NCBI GenBank assembly: GCA_907165135.1
Contig: OU015569.1
Coordinates: 2,480,001 to 2,544,000 of the forward strand
From: Oikopleura dioica
Taxonomy: Eukaryota; Animalia; Chordata
Direction of reading: 5' to 3'
Length of the DNA: 64,000 nucleotides
Position numbers and translations under genes: made by a program. The notes under the pieces were generated by a model that worked only from the letters and a program-made list of their open reading frames with translations, did not search any database and was not told where the DNA came from. This document shows positions 11,718 through 24,500 of this stretch, in pieces. Position 1 is the first letter of the stretch; each line of letters starts with the position of its first letter.

Positions 11718-11999
11718 CACGGTCTCTTTACACAACGGGAAGGCATTTGATTCATAAAACTCGGAATGGCCGGTGTTCATTTTCTTCACCTTTGTTCGAG
11801 TATTAGATCGAGGGAGGGTCGAGTAGGATCGCGTTTGTGGAAGATTGTGAAATTCTGAAATTCTGAAACGCATAAATTCGCGAAATCTTGCTGAGAGGGA
11901 TTTTGCTTTCATGGAACATAGGTAGTTGAAGACTGACTATCGATTTCCTTCTTGCGGGTGTCGAAATATAGCTCTTGGGCTGGAACAGGACGCCGAGCA

Positions 12000-14900
12000 C
12001 TTCACCCACTTCACCCGATGACCGATGACCCACAAGAAGAAGTGGAGCAAGACAAGCAGTTTCTAGCGAATTCCGATCATCTCAGATTCCGGATCAGGTT
12101 CTCTCTTTATTTTGCTGAACCTGTTTCAACTTCCGCCGCTTCTCCCGTCGCTGAGTCACTGCGCAAACGACTGTATTCCCTTTAATCTAACTGTTAGTCA
12201 ATATTGAAAAGAGTAAATTGCTCAATGAATGAGCGAACGTGTGAAACTGAAATCCAACCGCGAAAATCAAAATTCAAGATCTTCCCGGAAGCTCCAACTC
12301 AACTTCGATCACAAAATCGGAAAGATACATTTTTTGTTTAATCAAAATCCTGTTGCTAAGCGGCTGCGAAATTCTTCACTTGAAGAACATTAGATATTGC
12401 TCAAGATAAAAAAAGAAGAAGTTTTCTTCCGGCAAAAAACTGTCAAGAAAGAGATAATCGAGAAAAATGAGGGACGAATAAAACAAAGATGGAACAACGA
12501 GTTCGAGTGCACGACTATGTCGCTGGTGCCTTCGAAGCTGTTTGGCGAAAAGGACAAGGTATGTTTTCTTTCCTTTCAAATTGCAGGCTGAGAAGATCAA
12601 TTAGCAAGCAAAAACTTGGTACTACTATTTGCTCAGCAGGCCGGATTCTCGCATGTGGCAAGTACACAGTAGCAGGGTATATATGATGCTGCATGTTACG
12701 TATTTGATTAGGGCGCTATCTACCCATCGACATTTGTGCGTGACGCGCTGGAATTGTCATCTTGAGCGTCTTTGAAATAAATAACGATTCAATCTATCTC
12801 GATTCAATTTCAATCAACTGGGAGAACTAAACTAATTAAGTAAAGCACTCAAACGTGAACAATAAATTGCCAAGGCCACTTTTTGGCAGTGCGTTACTCC
12901 TCATACTTTCAGAACTATGCTTTACTGCTCTATAAATGTGACAGAAACGTTTCTTCGCTTGCTGATAATGGTTTCTCTCTTCAGGAGTCCTGAATATTGA
13001 AAATATATTCTTCGCACTACGCGCACTATTTTATGATTAGGTCCAAAGGGTACAAGTCAAGGGCAACAAGGTGACTCGCCGAGACTCGGGCCCAGCCTTA
13101 GCGAGGAGGTAGCAGGGGGTCACAGGAGCCAGTGAGCCTGGCTAGCGAGACAAAAATTCCCTAAACCCGAAATTCCCAACGTCGGTGCGTGGTTCCAAAT
13201 GGACCCGTCTGATCCAAATAACAGAAGACTCAAAAGTCAGGGTTGATTTTTTTCATAAACAAAAACGAGCAGAGAAGGACTTGAAAGAGAAAGAGATTAA
13301 AATGAAATGTGAAAATATCCCTGTGACAGCCCGTTTTCGAATCCGGAAGATTCACCAGCAAGCAGCCGCAATTATGGAAGTCGAAGTCAGAGAACTGGGT
13401 ATGACGAAGTTTACACGGCGGGCAAGAACTCTCCAGAAAACGGTCATTGAAATCAAGGAAGAGAATATTTTTCAGTGTCATTTTTTTCATGTTTCTTTTC
13501 GTGACCATTGAATGAAGAACCCTGGAGCCGCTTGGAAAGATCAGGCATGACTGGCTCTTCGTACAGGAAACTTTAGTGAAATTGATTGAACGAATTGTTG
13601 GTGAAATTTAATCACTTGATTTGAAAGTCAATCGTACGGAAACCCTTACGACTCCGACCAAGACGTTGGGGTTTACACAGTCGACGATGTCCCCTCCATT
13701 GGAGCGACCGAACTGACGGAAGAAGAAGCAGCGGCGATCGCCTCTTATGAATCTTACTTTTTAACTGAGCGAGGTACAGCGAGCATATTCGTGATTCGTT
13801 GCAGTTAACAGCAGCAGGAGCATTGATGACTCTCGATTTTTCTCAAAAATTTATAATTTCCGACTGCACGCGCGCTAATCCGATAGCCGACCTTTGGGCA
13901 CGCAGCGTGTATGCGAGCCTAGCGCAAAGTGAAAATTGCCTCCTTAGGGGTACAGAGATGCCGAGGAGCTCACAACTCTAGTGACTCGTTTTTTTTCTCA
14001 TTCCCGTTGTGTGTTTATTCTCCCGCCGACCAACTTCCATTCCTTGTCACTCGCCTGAGGGGGGCACAAGAGGGCTCAGTCAGAGAGATCTTGAAAAAAT
14101 TTAACAGAGACTCAGAAGATTTAAAATGGGAAAGAAAGGGAAGAAACGCGGAAATGGGAATAAGAAGACCTCCAGGAAAGTGTTTTTTTATTGTTTTAAC
14201 TTGCCTGCAAAGTTCGAAGCTTGCGGAAGCTTGAATGAGAAGAACACACATAAAAGCCCGACGAGTTCTAATGAAGTTTCCTCTTTTTCAAACATTGATA
14301 TCGGGGCATCTCCGCCGGCGAGTTCGCCTCTGTGGTCACTTCAAGGAATTCCCGCCATGCCTGCGCCACCCACCACGACCCCTCAAACTCAACTGAGCTC
14401 TCCACGATCACCCCTGACCCAGGCAGCCGAGGAAGAAGCTGGCCAATACCGCAGTCCAATCACTTTGAATCAATATCCGTCCAAGTTTAACTTTCCCGAA
14501 ACAGGCCTGGTTCACCTAATTGTTCTCTAACAACTGACATTTTCTCTTTTGCCAGGATTACACTAATCCAATTACAAAATGTACAACGAGTAAAAGCGAT
14601 AACGAGAAGATGTACAGTTGTAAGCCCTGGCCGCTCAAGAATCTCGAACCTGTAAAAGAGAATAATGGGAAGAAGAAGAAGAAAAAAATCACCGTCGATG
14701 TTGAACGAAAACCGGATGGCACTGGGCTCATGTTTTCGCCCCCGGTGACTGATGATGAAGAATTCAATTTTGACAAAGAATTAGTCGAAAGACCACCCTT
14801 GCCACGAGGAAAGATAGAGAAGGAAAAACCGATTACTCCACTGGAGGTGAGTATTCATTCGATTTGAACGGGAACGGAACACGTTTTAGGCGTTGAAAAA

Positions 14901-15729
14901 GCCGGAATTTATAACATCTCGAGAGACGGCGGAGAAAATCAAGATCATCCAAGAACGGACTGCGGAGTCGATGGAAGTTCTCGATAGGCATGGATTCACT
15001 GACCGTACTCGAACGACTTCGGAAGTGAATCTCCACGACCGCCGAGCCTTTGGTTCCTACGAAAGTGGCTCTCCTTTTGCCTTGGACGAGGCAAGCGGCG
15101 GCCCAGCGCGGCCTGGAACGGCGCATCCGACCAGAGGGTTGAATCTGAAACATGTAAGAAGGAATTCGGCGGGACTTGCGACTGGAATCGGAGCGAAAGA
15201 AGCACCTCAGCCACGGGCAAATCTATCGAGCAGAACGTCATCGCCTTTTGGCAATCAGTCGTCCTACTCGTACTCTTCTAGCAACGTCGTTGGCGCTCCC
15301 ACGCTTACACAAAAGCTCCGATCAGGAGTACAACCCGTTCTTGTTGATGGCATCAGCTTGGCAGATCTTTCTCGATCAGCAAGTGCACGGTCGAATGATT
15401 ACGCTTCCCTGCGATCATTTCCATTTGAGAAATACGCTTCATCAAGATCGAAAACACCAAACGACTCAAGCAAATCTTCCATCGGCGTCAGGAACGTTTA
15501 TTTTCAACGGAGAAAATTTAAATCGAGTACCTTTAAAATTGATTCTTGTTGCAGTCAGAAAATAAACGCGAAAAAAAGCAACATAACTTTCTCAACAAAG
15601 ACTGATTTCGATTTCGACAGCGTGGAGCGCTTCGCGGAAGTAGAGTCTAAGCACGAGCTTCCTGCCTCTATTCCAACATCTTTTCATGACTTTGTCGTCG
15701 ACGGAATCGATCAGAGCTTTTCATACGAT
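12000..15729 (+). CDS. Low-complexity coding exons, probably an isoform-specific N-terminal extension of the spectraplakin (or a separate gene)
   Basis: Phase-consistent exons at about 14230-14510, 14557-14845 and 14891 onward (Ser/Pro/Lys-rich). The last donor (TACGATG|gtac, about 15729) is phase 1, matching the CH1 exon acceptor at 18579. The upstream exons at 12.0-13.8 kb could not be fully chained. Confidence 0.5.
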
Positions 15730-16434
15730 GGTACTACACAAACTTTACCGGGATTGATCATTTTCAAAGCATGGCATTCTTGAGTCAAGCATTTGCATAG
15801 GCCGCAATGTAGAGCACTTTCTTTTTTTTTTATCGAAAATGTCAAATAGTAATCGTTTTTTTCTTGTTGGAAATTCTTTCACTTCCGTTGATTGTAAGTG
15901 GCGCGCCCTCAGTTGCGAGATTGATTGAAAAAATTGAAATTGCGAATAACGAGCGAAATTGTTCTGACAAGGGCAATTTCGGACGGGGGCAATCTTCCGC
16001 TCGTTGGAGCAATTTTAATTTCCACTTCTTCATCCCCTCGCTGAAGTTTCTGGCCATGCTAAGTTTTCAGTGCCTTGGGCGACAGTGGCCCATCTAGAAT
16101 ATTTATATCTAAACAATTAGCCCATTCGAAAATGCACCGATCTTGCTTGTTGAACAAAAAACTCGCTGCCCGCTTCTTTCTCTTACTAAGTGCTCTCTCT
16201 CTCTTTCTTCTCCTGGAAGGTAGACTCTGATCTGAATGGAATGTTCAAAGGAATGTTCAAAATCTTCTTTCCGGATTTTTTAATTATTCGATTATGCGAT
16301 TTTAAACGTGGGATTTGAAAATAAGAACGTTTTCGTATTTGTTGACGGATCAGCTGGGGCTTGCTCTGAGAAGGAATTTCGCGGCAAAGGGAGATTGAAA
16401 TTGTTGCAAATTCAAGATTTGCACTGTGCTGTTT

Positions 16435-16690
16435 GGAGGTGTAGGTTGCGCCACCACCCACGGCTCGGCCGCTCTACCAATTTTGGCGGCGCTTGAACCG
16501 TTCTGGTCTCAGCGGCCGTGACAAGAGCAATCACGAGCTAATCGTGAGACACCTGCTCCTCCAGCTCACTCGATCCAACCCAGAGAAAGCACCGACTTGG
16601 CCGAAACAGATAGATGAAGAGTTGGACTTCCCGCTCCCACTTAAAATAAACACGCATACGCACACGTATACACAAGACATGGCTTATTAA
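16435..16690 (+). other. Isolated coding-like exon ending in a stop codon
   Basis: After tgtag|: VAPPPTARPLYQFWRRLNRSGLSGRDKSNHELIVRHLLLQLTRSNPEKAPTWPKQIDEELDFPLP..AY*. Its gene assignment is unresolved. Confidence 0.3.
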
Positions 16691-18330
16691 ATCAAGCGAT
16701 TAAGGGTATCCACACGAGTTTTTCCCCTTGGCCGTAGTAAAATATGTAAATTTTTTCAAGCTGAATGATTTTTTGTTTTTCCTTTTGATTTTCAATTGTT
16801 TCATTTTTTTTTGCGAATTCGATGTTTGACTCTAATATCAGCTACTACCGGTAGTTGACGAAACTTGTAATAGCTGTAATGGCAAAACAACTGCGGCTGT
16901 TTGAACTTTTTGGTTCCTTGGCAACTGGCCCTGGATTGAGTCTTTTTTGGAGTTTTTGTTCGTTTAAAATCAGCTTAGAGCAGCGACTCTCTTGCTCTGG
17001 GAATGTGCTGTTGGTCATTCAAAAAGGGGGGCCTGGAGCGAGTGATGTTCGCGTTTCCTTTTATTATTCCTGAATTGCGCATATTCCGTTCTAGCGCTCG
17101 TTCACGCGCTCTGAGCGCTTCATTCACCAAAAGTCGCTTTCCTATTTAAACAAGAGTGTTCAGCAACAATAGAAATTTGGAGCAACGTTTTTGCTCCAGA
17201 GTTTTTGTCAAATCACGCCCTTAGGCACGCATAGTGAGCCTCGATCAAGAAGTAAATTAAGAAGCCCTTGAAGTGAAAGTGCTCCGGCCGAATGATAAGA
17301 GAGTGATTGAAACCGTTCCATCTGATGGAGCAAGTCCACGAAGACCTCGTCCGCTCGCTGGCTGGAGAAGGATCGGGCCAACCTTCCTTCTAATCTACTT
17401 TAGCTGCCTTTCTATTAGCACATAATATTTTGAACAAGGACGATAATAACCACAGTAAAAACCCATAAGGTAGTCAACCCATTACCAGGCCCGGCATCCG
17501 ACAATAACAACCAGCAAGGGGCACAAAAGACATCCTATGAAATTAATCTCCAACGAGGGAAAGGTAAAATACTAACAGTAACTACTAGAAATGCATTATT
17601 AGCGAAGAACTTAAATTTCTCTCTCTATGTCTGCTGCTCTTGCTTGTAAAAACTTTTAACAGGGAGCAAGGCAAATAGCGAGCTTGGGGGTATTACAGGG
17701 TAATTACAGGCAGACCGCCACCGTAACTGCCGGATAAAAGTGCAAAGGAGGCAAACGAAAAGAGCGCGGAAGGAATTTCCGTCGTCTTTAAGACGCTGCG
17801 CAAACAGTACAGTTAATTTTCCAACTTTTGATGCGTTGGTAAACTCTTCGAAAGAGAAATAGAAACTTGCCAAAATTGAGCAAGCATAATTTGTGTATGC
17901 TCAGCTTTAGTCTCTTTGCGCGAGTGCGTTTGACAGATTTTGATCTTTAAATTATCATTGCCGCGATTACACTACTCGTCGCTGTCCGTGACTTTCGCAT
18001 TTCACACTTCTTTTTAAAAGCTCTCTCTCTTTAAAAAGAAGGGCGTGTGTTTAGAGCTCACACGTTAGCTCTTATAAGCAAATTAGCCTGTTCACGTCAG
18101 TTGGGGAACGGTGCGGTCACACGCAGAACGAAAGCGACCGCACGGTTCCACCCCTGTGATCTTCAAGCAGCCACAACAAAATATATAAATGTTTTCACTT
18201 CACAGCTTTCGGAACTTGAAGACTCTCCAACCAGCACTTTTTGACGTTTTCGATAAATACAGCTTCCAATTCAATTTTCAATTCTTTCAAACAGCAGATT
18301 GGGCAGAATAAGAATCAGCACTGCAGAGCC

Positions 18331-18523
18331 TCTGGGCCGGCCAACCTGTCTAGTAAACCTGAGTCAGGTTCTAAAAAGCTAAAATCAAAAGCCGCGTAGC
18401 GGCTTTTTTCAGAACGAACGGCTTCGCTTGTATTTAATCATAGATTAAAATGGTTATGTTGCGAATTGATTTTACCTCTTTAGAACCTGACTTAGGTTTC
18501 CTACACAGGTTGCTGAGCCCAGC
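18331..18523. mobile_element. MITE family A copy upstream of the CH1 exon
   Basis: CTGGGCCGGCCAACCTGTCTAG..AAAAGCCGCGTAGCGGCTTTT..CTACACAGGTTGCTGAGCCCAGC. Confidence 0.9.
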
Positions 18524-18578
18524 CGCAGCCTTTTCAGCGCAAGAATAATTTATCGTCTTTATCACTTTGATATTTCAG

Positions 18579-21500
18579 ATGAACGCGACAGGATTCAGAA
18601 GAAAACCTTCACAAAGTGGTGTAACCAGCACTTGAAAAAGGTAATCAGCCTTGAGAAGGAGCCAGACGAAGCTTCCAAGTCAGCGGAAGGGTTGAAAGTA
18701 GACAAGCGGAACACTTTGTCACTAACAAGTATTAATGACTCGCTCGAAAATGGACACGAAAAGAATCACGATAATAATAATAATGATGATTTGGTAACTA
18801 ACAAAACTTGTAAATGTACACTTTTGGTGAGCAGCAATTTGAGCCCTTTTTCCGGATAAAATCGAAAATCAGGCTTTTTATCTTTTTATTCAAAGGGTGA
18901 CACTTCCGGTGAAACTAATTAAGAAACTTTATCAATTATCTAACTGCTGATTCTTAGTCTGGATCGACTATCGACGATTTGTATGAAGATCTCCGCGATG
19001 GCTTCAAGTTGCTCTCGTTGCTCCAGAACTTGAGTGGCCAGTCATTAGTAAGTCGGCATGACAGAAAGGTATGGGAAACGGAGAATGAAACTGGTGTCAC
19101 TGGTGTTTTTTCGCGAATCAGCACACGCCGCCTGATAATCGCTATCAAGTGGCGGAGCATAATTTCGATTTCTTCAATCACTTTCAATTTTGGAACTTCC
19201 AATCAGAAGCTAAATAGCAGTCGTTCTTAATTTTTATCTCGTTGAATATTCAGGGTTGAGTATTCGGTCACTTATGATCTCGGAATTCGCCGCTTGTTAG
19301 ATTTTGCGAAACATGCATTTTGCTCTGTGATCTGGAATTTTAACTAGAAATTTTCTCCTTTCTTATACCGTGATATTTTAATCCCCCCGTGAAGAGTATG
19401 ATCTAACACTCGAATAGAACCGCGCAAGCGCCACCCAAGGCCCAAGAATGTTCATGGTATGTCCCAATTTGTCTAAAATCGCCCACAACCTAACCATATA
19501 TTAATACTGGCTTCTTTCAAAACTAGCAGCTTTATTTGCATATCTCAAAAGCTTTCATGATTTGTTTGTTTCTTGTAGTGCACTTTGTTGTTACTAGAAC
19601 GTTTGTGGTGACATGTATCTTTACTGTAGCAAGACTTCTTTACTGATCTAATGGAAATATTATTTCAGGCGAGAGAAAAGGGAAGAAACAGAATACACCG
19701 GGTTCAAAATGTGCAGTTCGCGCTGGATTTTCTCAAGAAAAGAAAGGTAATTCCTGATGGTTTGCAACCTGTGTAGAAAACCTTAGTCAGGGTCTGAAAG
19801 ATCACTGAAGATTTGAATATCAATAGGAAGGGTAATTTTGCGAAGCCTTTTCGCGGCTTTTCATAAGTGATATTTCAAACCCTGACTCAGGTTTTCTAAA
19901 CAGGTTTAGAACCGAGCTTAAAATCCCTGTTGTCAACCAACCCTTACCCTGACTGTACTTAGGTCCGTCTTGTTAACATCCGAGCAGAGGACATCGTCGA
20001 TGGCAATCCAAAACTCATCCTTGGGCTTGTTTGGTCTATCATTCTGCACTTCCAGGTAACTTGGGTGGCCACAATAAGTCATGTTAAAATCGCTCAAAGT
20101 TGTCACACCGTGGGTTTGGTACAAAAGGCATCTCACTCGACAGCGCCACCTGAAATATTTTTGCGTGCCTAATTGCTCGTGGGCAGGGCAGAGGCTGATA
20201 AGCATGGAGCTAACGTAGTGCTAAACTCTGTTAGACAGCGGCCCTTTTTGCAGCAGCGCCCGCAGTCAGTAATTGTTGGATTTTGGGATTACTGACTGAC
20301 AAATACCGATGGGCGGATGCTGCTCAAAGCTCCGCGAGGGGGACTATTTCGAGCAAGTCCTGTATGTTGAGAGAGACGAGAGAGAGCGCGAGCAGAAACA
20401 TGGATTTCAATCTTTTCAAATATTAAAATTATTTATTTTTTTTTATATTTTATGCATTTTTTCCTTTTCCATTTTTATCCATGAAAAGCAATCAAACGGC
20501 ACACGCCGATTGAGCTGGCCACAGGGACTTTTAATCGACCCTTATGCCGAGGCGCATGACAGCGAGATCTCCTCAAAATCGTCGACAGCGCGAAAACGAG
20601 TGACATTTAGTGAATTGCCTAATGAGACATACGCGTGGGGACATGAACGCATAAGTTTGCGCTCATACGATGAGTTTCCGCCGCCGGTTCTTTTTGGTTA
20701 TAAAAGCGCAAATGCTAATTTTGTTTATAGGTTGAAGAGATTGTCATTGAAGGCGACGACTCGCAGCAACGGCTGACAGCGAAGAAAGCGCTGCTCCAAT
20801 GGGCGCGACAGAACATGGAAGGCTACGACACCAATGTCAACAATTTCACCACCGATTGGAGCGATGGCATGGCCTTCAATGTCATCATGCACAGAAACAA
20901 GTAAGCAACCAACGAGAATACGCATCGCTAACGATATTTTAAGGCCGGAGATCATTGATCTCACGAAAGTCTCGCAGATGTCAAACAGAGAGCGACTGGC
21001 AAACGCCTTCGATACTGCCGAGAAGAAGTTCGGAATCACTCCCTTGCTCGACCCAGAAGACGTCGATGTCGCCAAGCCAGACGAGAAGTCCATCATTACA
21101 TACGTCTCCTCCCTCTACGACGTCTTCCCCAAGGTAAGCTTGGGTTATCATTTTTGGTCTGAGAAATGCCCTGGTACCGTGTGAAATTATTTTTTAAAAA
21201 ACAATGGCGGGAAACCCTGCTTGTCGGTTTGAAACTTTGAAACACAAAAATGCAAAATTTTTTGTAGAAAAATGAGGTAAGCAGCTGACGACAATGTAAC
21301 ACAGTAACAATTTATTCTTAGCACATTATAAATTTCGTTAGTATCTCACTACGTAGGCTTTACACTTACTCAAACTCACTCTCATTAAGTCGAAGTAGCA
21401 CTTTACTCAGAGTTTAAAATAATCATGGGTTATTTTTACTGAAAATGATTATTTTGGGCACTGACGTTTTCCACAATGACATCACCGCACATCTTGTTAG

Positions 21501-24500
21501 TCTCACTTATCATTTCGTAAAAAGTACTGATTTGGAAATAGAATGGTGATGGTTTATTTAACGGTGGTGGTTTAGGTCCCTCCAAAGCCAGCCATGGTCA
21601 CAAGCGAAGAATGGGAATATGTGCTCACAGAGTACAGAAGAGTGTACACCAAGATCATCGAATGGTGCTCGACTCAGATCACAATCATTCGACGGAAGAA
21701 AGCGCCAAAATCATCGGAAGAAGCGGAAGAAATGCTCCGTGAATTCACTGTCTTCCAAAGTGAGCGAGAACAAACTGCAGCTCTGCGGGACGAGTGTAGA
21801 TCTCTCTGGAATCAGCTCAATTCACTCGCTGCTCAGAGTCGTGGAGAGTTTACTATTGGGCCGGAATTGGACATAAACCCAATGGAAGTTCGATGGGATG
21901 AGCTCAACGCTGAAGCAGATCGTCATGGCAACTTCTTGCAATCAGAACTCGAGCGTCTCAAGAGGCTTGAAGAGATCTGCAAAAAGATGGATGCCGAAAT
22001 CGACGAGACGAACGAGACACTCAATACTGCCGGAGAGTGGCTGAAAAAACTTGCGTCTGATGATTTAAGCGATCTTCCATTAGATCTTGATCCTGTTGCT
22101 GAAGTGACGAACTGCTTGAATCGTGCGGAAGGACAGATCCGTAGTTTGTCAGCAAAGGTCGAAGAGTTGAGATCAGCGCGATACCATAGATCAGAAGAAT
22201 ATTATGAAATCGTGGCCCAACTTAACTCCAGACTTGTCGACATGAACTGCGAGTACGATCGCCTCAAACGACTCGGACTTCTGGATCCTATCTCAATCAA
22301 AGAAAGGAGAAAATTAAGACCACCTCTTGAAGAGTCGATTGAATGGAAAGACTTGTTAGATGCTGAGAATGTGCTTCAAAGATCAGTCGAGGAACTTGAA
22401 CAAGTGACCGCTGGCGTTGATGGTGCAAGTGCAGAAGAAAATCTCAATAAGATTAATGACTTATTGAAGTCGTTTGCTAATTTCTTGGATCCAACTGTCG
22501 ACAAACTTGAGAACTACTACTCGAACTTCGACCAAGGAACCAAAGATTACAAAGCATATGATGAGCGATATCGTAAGTGGAAATCCAGTGCTCAGGACCA
22601 TCTTGCAAGCCTGAAGAGACGCGTCCAAGATCAGCAAAAATGCACGGAATTCCTTCAAAGCTGCGAAGAATGCTCTTCAGAGCTCATGGCAATCATCGAT
22701 GAGCTCCAGTCAGATGATTGGTCTGATGAAAACAAAGATGTAGCCCAGGCTACTGCCGCTTTTGAGGACTACAGCAAGCGAGTTCAGATCATCTGCCGCA
22801 ACATCGACTCTGTTCTTGGCCACGGACCATTGACTGCCTCTCAAATCTCTCGTGGAAAGGATTTAATTGAAAATTACATCTTCAAGCTTCAGCACGAGAA
22901 GCAAATGGCTGCTGCAATTCTTGAGGCGTATGAAGTTCAGGTCCGCCTTCTCTCGCAATACAAAGAATTCTTCGTTGAAATAGGCGATTTGAAGAAACAA
23001 ATTCATGACCGAAAGATTACAGTTCAGTCTATTTGCACTAATCTTGACGAAAGCAGCGCGGCCGAGCGAGCTGAAAAGCTCGAGGAAATCAAGTTTACCT
23101 TTTCGTCCTTGTCAGTCAAGATGATGGAGTTGGAAACGCAGTCAAAGTCTATCACCAATATCAAGGCTAGACGATATAGAACTGAGAAGCATTTTGCTGC
23201 TCGTACTGTTACAAGGGTGAAAAATGTCGATCTTAACATCGCGAGAAATGAGCCTCTGACGCTCGTTGACTCGAGCAAGCCAGAAGCTTGGCAGCTGTTT
23301 ACTGAAACTGGACAGAATGTTACTTTACCGGCGATAACAATTACCCTCCCTCCACCGAACAAGCTGGCAGAAGAGGCTGTTCAGGAGCTCAAGAGTGAAA
23401 TGACCCAACTAAAGGGCAATTGGGAGCAGTCCAAAGCCAATTGTGCCTATTATCAAGCATCTGGAAAGTTTCATGAAAACGCTGGAAAAATTTTGCAATG
23501 GGACAGTCTTCCTCCTATCAATACTCGATCCTCAGCGATGAGCTCCCTTGAAAACGCATTCAAGGAAGCGGGAAGACATGTCGAAGACAGCCGCAACGAC
23601 TCTGTTCAGCGTGACTACGATGAAATGCCTAACATCATCAATAATTGTCAACGACACATTGATGACTTGGAAGCCAAGGAACACGCCGCGAACGAGGCAG
23701 AAAAAGAACGCCTTCGAAGAGAACAACTCCGAGAAGAGCTAGCACGAAAAGCGCAGAGTCTTAAAGACTACCTCGCTGGACTGCAACAGAAATTGGATAA
23801 TGCAAAGAAGGACATTCTTCATCGAGTATCGATTGCAATCGCATTCGAAAATCCACACGAAGCCGCTCAAGATGCCCAGCGTAGTATAAATGATCTTGAA
23901 GCAATCCGTGCTGGATCAAACCGAGTCCATGGGGAGTTATCCGAGTTGGAAGCATCTGAAGAAGCGCCAGAGGGTATTGAGCTCGCGAAGGCCGATTTGG
24001 AACAAATTCGAGCGGACGTCAACCAATTCCAGGCTCTGTCGCAAGTCTACATTAGAAAAGTCCAAAAAGTTCAAGTTGTGATCGGACAAGTTCAAGCTAC
24101 AGAAAACATCATCGCTAGATTGGAAGAGAAGGTCAATTCGCAGCTGAATCAGGCAACATCAAATTCAGAGGCGATGGAACTAAAACTGCGCCTTCTTAAA
24201 AATTCCACATTCGAGCTTGGTGCACAAGATGCTCTTCTTCAGACTTTGAGTGAAGCAGCTGGAGAAGCAAAGGCTCTTGGACAGCAAGTCGAACAAGAGT
24301 CAAATATTCCCGACCCTGACGAGTACATCTACGGATTCACTGTTCAAAAACTACAGGACCGCCTTCAATCGCTAAAGGACAAGCTCAAGAGTGAGATCGA
24401 TCAGCTGGAAAGCGAAATCCCTATCCTCAAGAGCCAAGAAAACGCAGCAGAAGCGAGCCAGCGGGGAATCCATGATGCTAGTCGTCTGCTTAACGAGCTT

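Noticed and set aside
13060-13150. GC-rich island as an ncRNA or SINE
   Set aside because: No A/B boxes or convincing fold; it contains GGGCCCAGCC like the MITE end and may be a decayed fragment.
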